From: Octopus bimaculoides
Lineage: Eukaryota
Assembly: GCF_001194135.2 (NCBI RefSeq)
Contig: NC_068987.1
Span: 26,619,033 to 26,682,779 of the forward strand
Reading direction: 5' to 3'
Length of the DNA: 63,747 bases
The notes below the pieces were generated by a model. That model saw only the letters and a program-made list of their open reading frames with translations, searched no databases and had not been told where the DNA came from. The position numbers were made by a program, and so were the translations under genes. Shown here in pieces: positions 37,840 to 50,462 of this stretch; position 1 is the first letter of the stretch, and each line of letters opens with the position of its first letter.

Positions 37840-38346
37840 TGTATGTATGTATGTATATATCTATGTATGTATGTTAATCCATACCTATGAGTCTGACAAA
37901 AAATATTTTGTTTCACCCGACGGCTTTGTCAGGATGGAGGAAAGTGTTACGTTTCAGCCATTTGAATATGAAACTTCAGGATAGATATATAGAAAAAGCA
38001 TAAAATGGATGCATCAATGACAAGTCGTGGTGACAAGGAAGGTGGGCCAATAAACAGTACCTAAAATGGTGGCGATGAGAGAAGCATTTATTGATGGTGA
38101 GGAAAGTGATGATAGATGAATAGTAATTGCGTGGTATCTATTGTCAGTAGTTTAGTGGGATGGTGACAGTAGACGATGGAAAGGCGAATAGTCATGGAGG
38201 CGATGGAGGTGGGAGTAATAGTGTAAGTAACGGAGAGCAATGTGACTGCAAGCAAAAATACTAATTAATAAGATACTCAGAGGCATATAACAAGGCATAC
38301 ACAATCACACGCCCGCTTGCATGCGCGTACACACACTTTCACACAG

Positions 38347-38396
<50 letters not shown>

Positions 38397-39383
38397 NNNN
38401 NNNNNNNNNNNNNNNNNNNNNNNNNNNNNNNNNNNNNNNNNNNNNNNNNNNNNNNNNNNNNNNNNNNNNNNNNNNNNNNNNNNNNNNNNNNNNNNNNNNN
38501 NNNNNNNNNNNNNNNNNNNNNNNNNNNNNNNNNNNNNNNNNNNNNNNNNNNNNNNNNNNNNNNNNNNNNNNNNNNNNNNNNNNNNNNNNNNNNNNNNNNN
38601 NNNNNNNNNNNNNNNNNNNNNNNNNNNNNNNNNNNNNNNNNNNNNNNNNNNNNNNNNNNNNNNNNNNNNNNNNNNNNNNNNNNNNNNNNNNNNNNNNNNN
38701 NNNNNNNNNNNNNNNNNNNNNNNNNNNNNNNNNNNNNNNNNNNNNNNNNNNNNNNNNNNNNNNNNNNNNNNNNNNNNNNNNNNNNNNNNNNNNNNNNNNN
38801 NNNNNNNNNNNNNNNNNNNNNNNNNNNNNNNNNNNNNNNNNNNNNNNNNNNNNNNNNNNNNNNNNNNNNNNNNNNNNNNNNNNNNNNNNNNNNNNNNNNN
38901 NNNNNNNNNNNNNNNNNNNNNNNNNNNNNNNNNNNNNNNNNNNNNNNNNNNNNNNNNNNNNNNNNNNNNNNNNNNNNNNNNNNNNNNNNNNNNNNNNNNN
39001 NNNNNNNNNNNNNNNNNNNNNNNNNNNNNNNNNNNNNNNNNNNNNNNNNNNNNNNNNNNNNNNNNNNNNNNNNNNNNNNNNNNNNNNNNNNNNNNNNNNN
39101 NNNNNNNNNNNNNNNNNNNNNNNNNNNNNNNNNNNNNNNNNNNNNNNNNNNNNNNNNNNNNNNNNNNNNNNNNNNNNNNNNNNNNNNNNNNNNNNNNNNN
39201 NNNNNNNNNNNNNNNNNNNNNNNNNNNNNNNNNNNNNNNNNNNNNNNNNNNNNNNNNNNNNNNNNNNNNNNNNNNNNNNNNNNNNNNNNNNNNNNNNNNN
39301 NNNNNNNNNNNNNNNNNNNNNNNNNNNNNNNNNNNNNNNNNNNNNNNNNNNNNNNNNNNNNNNNNNNNNNNNNNNNNNNNNNN

Positions 39384-39414
<31 letters not shown>

Positions 39415-39497
39415 ATGTATGTATGTAAACACACATCAATATATGTATATATATCTGTGTCTGCAGCTATTCACTTGTAGTTTAGGTTTTTAAATTT

Positions 39498-39620
39498 TAG
39501 GCTCACGATCAAAAGTTGTTTGTTCGATTCCAGTTCCGGGCAGCGTTCTTTGTCCGTGAGCAAGTGACAGACATTATATTAGTCGTGCTGGTCTGCTCAG
39601 TTGCAAATCAGTACTAGTTA
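39498..39620 (+). mobile_element. SINE family D head fragment
   Basis: ggctcacgatc...gttcgattcc (B box)...tgtccgtgagcaag, collinear with the minus-strand element at 56770-56988. Confidence 0.5.
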
Positions 39621-40629
39621 AATACTGTGCAGCTTACTTTCAGTCACTTGTCTCTTCCTAGATATTCTGCATGGTGAAAGTTTGGAAGTTCGAAAGAGAA
39701 TTTTATACGGGCAAGTATATATGAAACAATTCGTGGAAGGAATTATATGCTACGATGCCATACTTGTTTGTCAGTGATGGGTATGGTATGGCATTATGTA
39801 CATAACTATTTACCTTCTTATTCTAACCCCAACAGCGTATTACAATATATAAATTTATTTCTTTTAGATATCACTGTGATGACTCATTATATATGATTCA
39901 ATTTATGAGGAGCCATCAACTGCAGAATTATATAAATGAAGCTATTCACTAGAGCGCAAGCTGAATTTGTGATATAGGAAGCTGGATACTCTTTGCTCTT
40001 GAATGCTTAAGGAAGTCAGGGTGCGTTTCCCTTCAGGGGCAGTAAACGAAAGCGAAGCTGACATCAAGAAATTCCTTCTTTTATTTTCGCATACCAAGTG
40101 CAAAGAGAGCAAGCGTTTATATTCTTATTTCACCCAAAGCTAGACATAATATTTACATTGAATTTAGTTCTCTTAATTCACGCCAGGTTTTCATAATATA
40201 TAACTAACTGTATAATTGATGCTGAGCCGTCTAAAGCATAAATATAAAAATTAAGCTATGCACTGTGTCACTAGCGTAATTTATGGCAATTTTATCTTAT
40301 GCTGAATATTTTATGCTTTCCATTGCGGAAGGAAGCCAGGTATGTCTTTTACGTGGAGAGACCAACAATTGGCACACAAAAGAAAAACTTAGGAGGAATG
40401 TGTTTCTATTTATATTTTCGCTTACAGTTAGGCTGTACACGCTTTTCTGTTGCTGCTGAGGACTGTCAAGAATTACTCCCAGAAATCACAAGAATTCGAG
40501 ATCAACTCTATGTTATGGCATTTCGTCAAACGCATTTAGCCATAGAGTCGGTTCAACTCAAACAATGTAACTGACATTTTGTTAGACGAATCTCTGTTGA
40601 AAACGGTTGGCTGGACAGTACATGTAACG

Positions 40630-40880
40630 CAAAGGTCCTCAACACTCTCATGTTGAGAATTACGTTAAAGGTATGCGGATCTGTGGAATGTTAAGCAACT
40701 TGAACACTACATCAATGAGAAGGTAGTTCAGTTAATTGAACAGCTGGTTACTCATCATCGAAATAGATGGAGATCCATCATTACTGAATGTAAAACATCT
40801 GAATTCAGATATACTTCTGAGTTCCGATTTCATCGATATCGACTCAGTGTTTCATCCTTTTGTTGTCAATAAAGCAATAG
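40630..40880 (+). mobile_element. Diverged SINE family C body fragment followed by a family B central fragment
   Basis: gagaattacgttaaaggta..tctgtggaatgttaagc.acttg.ac resembles family C; ctgagttc..tcgactcagtgtttcatcctttt..gtcaataaa resembles family B. Confidence 0.4.
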
Positions 40881-41962
40881 TAATAGTCAAATAATGGTGT
40901 TGAGATAATTTAGTGTTCCATCCCATTAACTTTTGTGGGTTGTGCCTATGTTATTAATTATTAATTAAGATTAGAAGCAGTAACCATTACCTTTGAACTA
41001 TTTCTGTAACGAGTAATATCTCAATGAGAAAGTCAAAGAGTGTTCACAAAACTAATTGACGCTGACAATTAAGAATCGCAAACGATTCGGCCCTGTTGAT
41101 CTGTGAAGTTGAGTGCATTAGAGTGAACAAGGTTTCTAAGTTCACAAATACAAGGGATGAGATGGATACACTCATTGCAGGACGAGACAAACATGCGAAT
41201 AACTGTTGAGAGTAATTTAGAGAAATGTAAGATAAAGGCTTTGAACGGGAGTTGCTTGATTTTTGTTACTGATATACGTATCAGAGAGGTGGATAGTGGA
41301 AAGAATGCATTCTACATAAATCAAACAACATCATTCGAAATGATGTTGAAATTAGCGTGGAATTAGCATGGAATTAGTGTGCATATAATAGGGGTTGGAT
41401 ACATTGAGATAAGAGGCTTGTATTTTTACGACTAATAGCTTATGAATATCGTTGTTTTTCAGTAAAACAATCGTATTCTAGTCAAAATAATGTATGTTTC
41501 TATATCAGAAATTACCTACTAAGCCTTTCCTTTTTCGAAAGCGTATGTGACTAAAGGGAGATTTGAGTGTTATTTCTAGTAGGCGCAGAGGTGCCATCGT
41601 GTGTGATTTGGCAATAGCTGAAGTAAATATAGGATCAAATTCACACATTTTTACATGGAGATGATAGAATTACCAGGCAAATTGCTAATAGTTCTTGATA
41701 AGAGAAGGAAAAGTGTATGTGTCTTTAGAATCTGGTCTGCTTTAGTATCACCTGTCTTTTATTATCGCTCTCTTTGTTGTTTGTATTGTTGTGGAAGGAT
41801 CTGGCAATGTGTTCACAGGCAACATTTCTGGAGCTTTTGCTGGTTAGCAAACGTAACTCCAAAAGTGATACTTAGGAACGTACTAGCCTATGATTATAAT
41901 AGTTTTAGCAAGAGAGAGAGAGAGAGAGAGAGGACAGACAGACAGACAGACAAACTGACAGA

Positions 41963-42021
<59 letters not shown>

Positions 42022-42113
42022 NNNNNNNNNNNNNNNNNNNNNNNNNNNNAGAGAGAAAGCGAGGTAGGAAGAAAAATATTAAACTCTGCTGATGACCAAA
42101 TGATAATGATGAT

Positions 42114-42152
<39 letters not shown>

Positions 42153-42494
42153 ATTAAGAGAAAGAAAGAGAAAGAGACTATGATATTCAAATATGACATT
42201 AATCACCTTGCTCTATGACTATTATCTTTCCTTCTACAACAATGTCATTGAATATATGTTTTTACAAGTTCCCATTGCATTAGGTTCTGCAAGATGATTT
42301 TAGATAATACATGTGATATTGCAAAACTATGCGTATCCTAAAGAAAAAGAATAGTAGTAGAAGTGGAAATTGAGCATAACTGTTAACTTATATTCGATCT
42401 TTTTCAACAAAATACATATGAAAGAGACAACGTCAAATTTAGCCTGATCTTCTGTTATTCGAAACTACTATTTCTCTGCATAAAATACGAGTAA

Positions 42495-42743
42495 TACAGT
42501 AATCCCTCGACTATCGCGTGTGCTAAGTTTCAAGCTCATCCCATCCCCACCCCACGAAATGTGAAAATCCGCAAAGTAGATACAGTACTGTATATTTTTT
42601 ATAATTATTTTAATAATTTCTGTATATCTTTTTTTATTATAAATGCAAAACAACACCACGGAAGAATCAACTTAAGCTTAAATAACAAACTGCGTTAGGT
42701 GAACTGCGATAGGTAAACCACGGTATGGCGAGGGACTACTGTA
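42495..42743. mobile_element. pogo/Tigger-like MITE (245 bp, TA target duplication)
   Basis: TIRs CAGTAATCCCTCG (42497-) and CGAGGGACTACTG (-42741) flanked by TA; subterminal tandem ctgcg.taggt.aac repeats; AT-rich non-coding interior. Confidence 0.8.
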
Positions 42744-43384
42744 TTACAAAGGGAGCGCTAGCTACGAAGAGTCTTACAAACTTGGAGTAATGAGAAGCAA
42801 TATTATATCATAACACTAAGGTTCTGATTTCAAGTTCCGTTGGAGACTACTTTGCTATTTTTCATTTAGTGAACCAACTGCAGAGCGTTCCAAACGATGC
42901 AGCCAATACAAAACCGGACGTCTTATTGTCAGCGTTAATGGTTACCGGTTGTAGTATATATCCATGCCATTGATTTTGAATTGGTGACAAACGGAACCAA
43001 ATACTAATGGAAACAATGATGATTCGTACTTGAGGAGATTGCAAATTCATCTGGGTTGTAAAATAGTTAATGTTTTTTATAAAATTATTTTAGTATTTTC
43101 TACCTTGACTTTTTCCCGTTTAGGGACAACTGACGAAGGGGTATACTCTTTATGTTGTATGTCTCGTTTCTCTGTTTGTTTTTTTCGTTGTTCATAAAAT
43201 GTTCGTTTTCTATGTTCTCGTTTCTCATTGTATTTAACGGTTTTTGATGCCCTGTGGTCATATATGCATGCATATATACATATAGATGTAGGTATGTACA
43301 TATATGTATGGATATATGCATATATTTATATATTATTTATATTATTATACGATCGAACGTCACGCATCCTTTTCCAAGTAGGTT

Positions 43385-43441
<57 letters not shown>

Positions 43442-43931
43442 NNNNNNNNNNNNNNNNNNNNNNNNNNNNNNNNNNNNNNNNNNNNNNNNNNNNNNNNNNN
43501 NNNNNNNNNNNNNNNNNNNNNNNNNNNNNNNNNNNNNNNNNNNNNNNNNNNNNNNNNNNNNNNNNNNNNNNNNNNNNNNNNNNNNNNNNNNNNNNNNNNN
43601 NNNNNNNNNNNNNNNNNNNNNNNNNNNNNNNNNNNNNNNNNNNNNNNNNNNNNNNNNNNNNNNNNNNNNNNNNNNNNNNNNNNNNNNNNNNNNNNNNNNN
43701 NNNNNNNNNNNNNNNNNNNNNNNNNNNNNNNNNNNNNNNNNNNNNNNNNNNNNNNNNNNNNNNNNNNNNNNNNNNNNNNNNNNNNNNNNNNNNNNNNNNN
43801 NNNNNNNNNNNNNNNNNNNNNNNNNNNNNNNNNNNNNNNNNNNNNNNNNNNNNNNNNNNNNNNNNNNNNNNNNNNNNNNNNNNNNNNNNNNNNNNNNNNN
43901 NNNNNNNNNNNNNNNNNNNNNNNNNNNNNNN

Positions 43932-43976
<45 letters not shown>

Positions 43977-44029
43977 TTACATACATGCATACATATTTGT
44001 GTGTTTTTTTGTTTTCTGCATGATCTCAG

Positions 44030-45360
44030 TGTAGAGCAAAAAGAGGAAGTAATGATATGATATTTTCTGCACGACATATTCAGAAAATGTTTATTTTGCA
44101 GAAACTTGATTTGCATCAATGCTTTGTTGATCTCACCAAGGCATTTGACATTGTCAACAGAAAAAATGTTATGGAATGTGTTAAAGAAGTTTACAAACCC
44201 GACACGGTTTTTGCATGATAACATGAAAGCTAGAGTGTACTTAAATTGTAAGTTACTTGAAGATTTTCCTGTAGAATTTGAAGTAAATTTATCGTTCCAA
44301 CATTATTTGCTCTTTACTTTCCAGCAGTGTTCATGGTAGCATTCAGAAGTAAGACTAAGGGAATCTACATCAGATCTAGAACTGCGGGAAAATTGTTCAC
44401 CAACATGAGACTTGATGCAGATTCCAGAGTGTTTGAGTCACTTGTCAAGGAACTATTATACGCTAATAGTTATAATTTAGTATCTTACACAGGGTGGATC
44501 TGAATGCACACCTTAATGCATTATGCAAATCTCTTGGCTTGGAAATGAATTTGAAGAAAGTACAAATCATGTTGCAGGTTACCCTTCGAAAAACATATGT
44601 TAAGTCAAAGACATTAGTAGTGGTAAAATATTAAAAGTAGTGCAGTCTTTTATTTATGTAGGAATTGTGCCCTCAGTCAGATGATGCAAGTATGGAGAAG
44701 GCTTCGACGGCATTTGAAGATATGAGAAGCAGTCTTTGTTTACAACACAGGATCAGATTAGGAACAGAGACATCCATCAGCAAATTTAGAGTGCTGTGAA
44801 GTTTGTTGCATGGCTGTGAAACTCGAGCGATCTACAAATACCAAGTTTAGAAACTCGAATGGTTTCATCAACACTGCTGAAGACATACTCAATATGAAGT
44901 GGACTACACTTACTCCGGATGCCGAAGTTCTACAGACAGCTCGAATGACTACAATCGAAACTATCATCGATCGGAATGTCTTAAGGGGAAGCGGACACCT
45001 TGTTCGAATGAGAAATACCGGAATTCCAGAGCAAATATTTTATGGAAAATTGAAACAAGGAAAGAGGAAAACCTCAAATCTAAACAGCGGTACAAAGACA
45101 TTCTTAATAACGACTTAAGATCAAATGTGCTATTTTTATTGATAACTGGAAAGAACAAACTGTTGATAGATCAAAGCGTAAAAAAAATACTTTATATTAT
45201 GTTGTGGAATTATTGGAGAAGGAAAGAATTCAGCATGAGCCATGAAAAAGAGCTATTCGGAAGAGGAAACAATAAGTAACACCAAAAGCTGCAGGTGAAA
45301 GTAATCAATGTTTAATATATAGAAGGACCTGTCCTTCTCTTGCTAGTTCCTACATGATTA
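44030..45360 (+). mobile_element. Decayed RTE-clade (BovB-like) LINE RT and C-terminal fragment
   Basis: RGSNDMIFSARHIQK, FVDLTKAFDIVNR, LHDNMKARV, GHLVRMRNTGIPEQIFYGKL and KQRYKDIL, with multiple lesions. Confidence 0.85.
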
Positions 45361-47254
45361 TTAATTTTTTACGGCTTTTATTTAAAATAGTCTTTATATC
45401 TCAAGTGTCATTTATAAAAGGGTCTTCTGTAAAACAGAATTCACCATAGACTTGATTCTTTGGAATTCTTTTCTATCCCGTACGGACTATATTGCATGTC
45501 TATATGAGTCAGCTATACAATCAGAGGCATTCTAAATTGATAGCTTCACGATTTCAAAATCAGTCACGTAGTATTTTCAAGATATATATCTATATATCGA
45601 TGATACATTTCCGAAAACCCCTTAACTTTTGACCATGTTTCCCATATAATACCCATGTTTCACAGTCAACAAGTATAAAGATAAAATACCTAATAGAAAA
45701 CAGGTTATAATTTTCCAAAAGATTTCTAAGTTTTATGATTTCCATTTGAAATTTCGTTATCAAGACTTGCATCCCTGATTACATTACAGCTAAGGTAGTT
45801 AAAATCAGAATCAGATATGTTTTTACAAATTTTTACCATACACCTGCATTCTGGGATTCCCAGGAATCTTTCTGGGATAAGGCAGATGAAGCACTAATTT
45901 ATTAAATGCTATTGAAATGTATCCATAAGAGTTTGAACGGCTTTGTTACTGGGTTCAGTAACAAAGCCGTATAGAATTAGTTTTCTTGAGAATAAGACAT
46001 AAGTTATTTGAGGTACAGTAACTACTGCGGGGAATCAAAATCGTTATGTGAGGTGCACTGTAAAATGAATAAGATCAGTTTTATGATTATACTTTACATC
46101 AACACCGAGGATATGAATTCCGCATTCATATATATAATCGGGAATGGGCTTGAAAATATTATAAACTTATCAGGCCAAAGCATTTTTCCAACACTTGATG
46201 ATTCACTAATGTTAAGTTCAATAAACACCAATGAATCAATAATAGTCCAATATTCTACACAGTGTATTTCTATTGTTGTTGACTAGTTGATCAGTTGACC
46301 AGTGGAAATATGCCATTGGTCTCTCGGCGGGCGCGAAATATGATGTCACTCAAAATGCCGAATGAGGCAATGAAAAATAATTCTGCTAGATATTTTTTCC
46401 ACAACACCAAGAAGAAAATGTCTCGAGAATTAACTCATATGTTAAACCACGGTTTCCTTTCAACAGTACCTTCAGTAACACGTCACTCGAAATTTCTGAA
46501 GATGTATCGTATTCTCGCAGACTACACATAAGATTGTACGAAAGATCTGTATCTTTATATTCTTGGAATTTAAACACTTCTACCGGAACAACACCAATGC
46601 TAAGAGCTTTTCAACTTTGAAGTTTATGCAAAGCAACATTTCAAAGAAAATAGGCGATTTTTCAAGAAAATGATTTATTAGAATTTCCTGAATACTTTCT
46701 NNNNNNNNNNNNNNNNNNNNNNNNNNNNNNNNNNNNNNNNNNNNNNNNNNNNNNNNNNNNNNNNNNNNNNNNNNNNNNNNNNNNNNNNNNNNNNNNNNNN
46801 NNNNNNNNNNNNNNNNNNNNNNNNNNNNNNNNNNNNNNNNNNNNNNNNNNNNNNNNNNNNNNNNNNNNNNNNNNNNNNNNNNNNNNNNNNNNNNNNNNNN
46901 NNNNNNNNNNNNNNNNNNNNNNNNNNNNNNNNNNNNNNNNNNNNNNNNNNNNNNNNNNNNNNNNNNNNNNNNNNNNNNNNNNNNNNNNNNNNNNNNNNNN
47001 NNNNNNNNNNNNNNNNNNNNNNNNNNNNNNNNNNNNNNNNNNNNNNNNNNNNNNNNNNNNNNNNNNNNNNNNNNNNNNNNNNNNNNNNNNNNNNNNNNNN
47101 NNNNNNNNNNNNNNNNNNNNNNNNNNNNNNNNNNNNNNNNNNNNNNNNNNNNNNNNNNNNNNNNNNNNNNNNNNNNNNNNNNNNNNNNNNNNNNNNNNNN
47201 NNNNNNNNNNNNNNNNNNNNNNNNNNNNNNNNNNNNNNNNNNNNNNNNNNNNNT

Positions 47255-47315
<61 letters not shown>

Positions 47316-48959
47316 GGTGTGGGTGTGTGTGACTGTGTGTGTACATATGTATTTCACAAATAAGACTGTACTTCATTTTTGAAGCTCAAGTGAAGCTATA
47401 GCATGGTACCCATCTTACAGCAGGAATAGCTGTAAGGTTATGAAGTTCATGAAGTAATTTGTTATTCCCTTTATATTTTAACTTCTTATTACTGCTCCAT
47501 GCTCGGCTGACTCGTTGTTCTGTAGCATATGTATATTGAGTTCTAACACCGGGTTATTTGTATCATTATCCCTAAACGGGCTCTAATCTAATAATATCGG
47601 TGGAATGGAAAAATATGAATCCGTGAAATACTTGATGGAAGTGGCCTTTTAACGAAAATGATTACAAAAGAATAAATTTTACTGCCATACAAAGCACAGT
47701 TTCTCCCATGCAAGATGTCTCAGTGAAACATGGGCGAAAGACACTTGCGAAATCAAAATCGGAAAGATTAGAAATTATAAAATACAAGTGGAACAAAACA
47801 GTAAGTACGTGAATTGATTAATTACGCATACACATGAATGTCTACATACATATATATATTTTAATACCCATAGGACTACACGTGCACCCCAATGTTTATA
47901 CAACTACTGGAAATTTACAGGACACACATACTCGCATATGAAAGTTTAAAATCATCACAAAGAAACTATACCCGGAGATAAATCTGTCAACCCCAAAAAA
48001 ATACAGTCGAACAGATCTGTTAGCCATAAGAAGCTACATTACGGTGTTTCCCTAGCACTTACTTATCGTTACCTGCCATTCTTTGGGTCTTCTTGACGCC
48101 AACACCTCATATATATATATATATAATTATGTGTATTTCTTCTATCTTAATGAATAAAAATTCTTCTGATAGAATAAATGGGTTAATAGAAACCAATGTA
48201 GCAAAGAACACAAAATAACTGTGGTTAGCTCCTGTTTTTAAGGCAGGAACTCCTTGAAATTTTGGGTATTTGAGTATATTTAAGAATTTAAGGATTGGAG
48301 AAAACGCATGTTNNNNNNNNNNNNNNNNNNNNNNNNNNNNNNNNNNNNNNNNNNNNNNNNNNNNNNNNNNNNNNNNNNNNNNNNNNNNNNNNNNNNNNNN
48401 NNNNNNNNNNNNNNNNNNNNNNNNNNNNNNNNNNNNNNNNNNNNNNNNNNNNNNNNNNNNNNNNNNNNNNNNNNNNNNNNNNNNNNNNNNNNNNNNNNNN
48501 NNNNNNNNNNNNNNNNNNNNNNNNNNNNNNNNNNNNNNNNNNNNNNNNNNNNNNNNNNNNNNNNNNNNNNNNNNNNNNNNNNNNNNNNNNNNNNNNNNNN
48601 NNNNNNNNNNNNNNNNNNNNNNNNNNNNNNNNNNNNNNNNNNNNNNNNNNNNNNNNNNNNNNNNNNNNNNNNNNNNNNNNNNNNNNNNNNNNNNNNNNNN
48701 NNNNNNNNNNNNNNNNNNNNNNNNNNNNNNNNNNNNNNNNNNNNNNNNNNNNNNNNNNNNNNNNNNNNNNNNNNNNNNNNNNNNNNNNNNNNNNNNNNNN
48801 NNNNNNNNNNNNNNNNNNNNNNNNNNNNNNNNNNNNNNNNNNNNNNNNNNNNNNNNNNNNNNNNNNNNNNNNNNNNNNNNNNNNNNNNNNNNNNNNNNNN
48901 NNNNNNNNNNNNNNNNNNNNNNNNNNNNNNNNNNNTCTCTCTCTCTCTCTCTCTCTCTA

Positions 48960-48992
<33 letters not shown>

Positions 48993-49690
48993 TTCCGTGT
49001 GTGCGTGTGTGTGAGTGTTTGTTTGTATATATACAATACGAGTGTATAAAACGATAAGAGATTTGGGTTTGAATAGTACATTAATAATTTGTTTATTAAT
49101 CAATGGCTATTGTTGGTAGGAATAAAAGTAAAAATCATTAAAAAAAAAACTTGTGAAATCAAGGCAATTTTCTGACGCAACTATTTAGTAAATCCATATT
49201 CTTTACCTCATGTGAAATTCTTCCTCTAATATTTTGAGACAGGAAATATGTTACAGAATGTCTTTCATTGTTCGCCTTTGCAAACCTCACTATAAGTTTG
49301 AAGTGTGGTACGAATATTACGTACGATATCTTAGTCGTAGATGAAAGAACATTGCCATCCTTTTGAACGACAATAAAAAAAGTTCAAATAACTGGACATT
49401 TTAAGAATCTATGAATACATTCAAAGGAAGAATCTATATATCGGACTTGAGACATGAATAAAACAAGTGAAAAATTATAATAGAAAAAAGGTAAAAAGGT
49501 GATAAACACCGAGATATTATAATGGCTGTTATCCACGCAATTGCAATGATAGATATCTACATTGGTCGTGAATCGGAAATAATGCATACATAGATACATA
49601 CATACATACATAAATACATACATACATACATACATATATACGTACATACATACACACGCACACCTGTATATGCATGTGTANNNNNNNNNN

Positions 49691-49725
<35 letters not shown>

Positions 49726-50414
49726 TATATATGTATATATGTGTATGTATATGTATATATGTATCTACATGTATGCATGTATGTATATGTGTGTGTGTGT
49801 TTATTTCTTTATGGCGTAAATGTGTGTTTCAGTGCGCGTGTATATGCGGCGGGCGAGGATATAAAATAATTAATCGAAAAGAAACAATATACACCAAATA
49901 ATACGACTATGTTCTTATGAAAGATTGCGGTTATTATATAGCTGGATGGAACTTTCTCATCTTAATCCGCCCGAAGAATTACTGTGGCGATGGAATAGTC
50001 AATGAAACATTAATGGTTCTTTAACAAAAGCATTAGCAGGACTAATGCAAATGAACGCAGACATGAAACAGACAGAAAGAGAGCTGGAAAAGAGAGGGAG
50101 AGACGGAGAGATTGAGAGATAAATCGAAAAGAGAAGTGGGGAGCGAGACGGATATAAAAAGACGGATATAAAGTTATTATATTCATTCATTCATTCTTGC
50201 ACCCCCACATACACAAGCACACACGCACACACGCATACACACAAGTACGCAAACACACATACAAACGCACATACAAATGGATACATTAATATGTAGGTGT
50301 CATAACACTCTTTGAAACATGAGATATTTGAAGAAACGACTGTTCAAGTTAAAACATTTTTTATTAAATACTTTTCCTTATTTATACATATAGAAAAAGA
50401 AATANNNNNNNNNN

Positions 50415-50462
<48 letters not shown>

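Noticed and set aside
41655-42092. 145-aa ORF
   Set aside because: The C-terminal part is (GA)n and gap; the N-terminal part has no recognisable motif.
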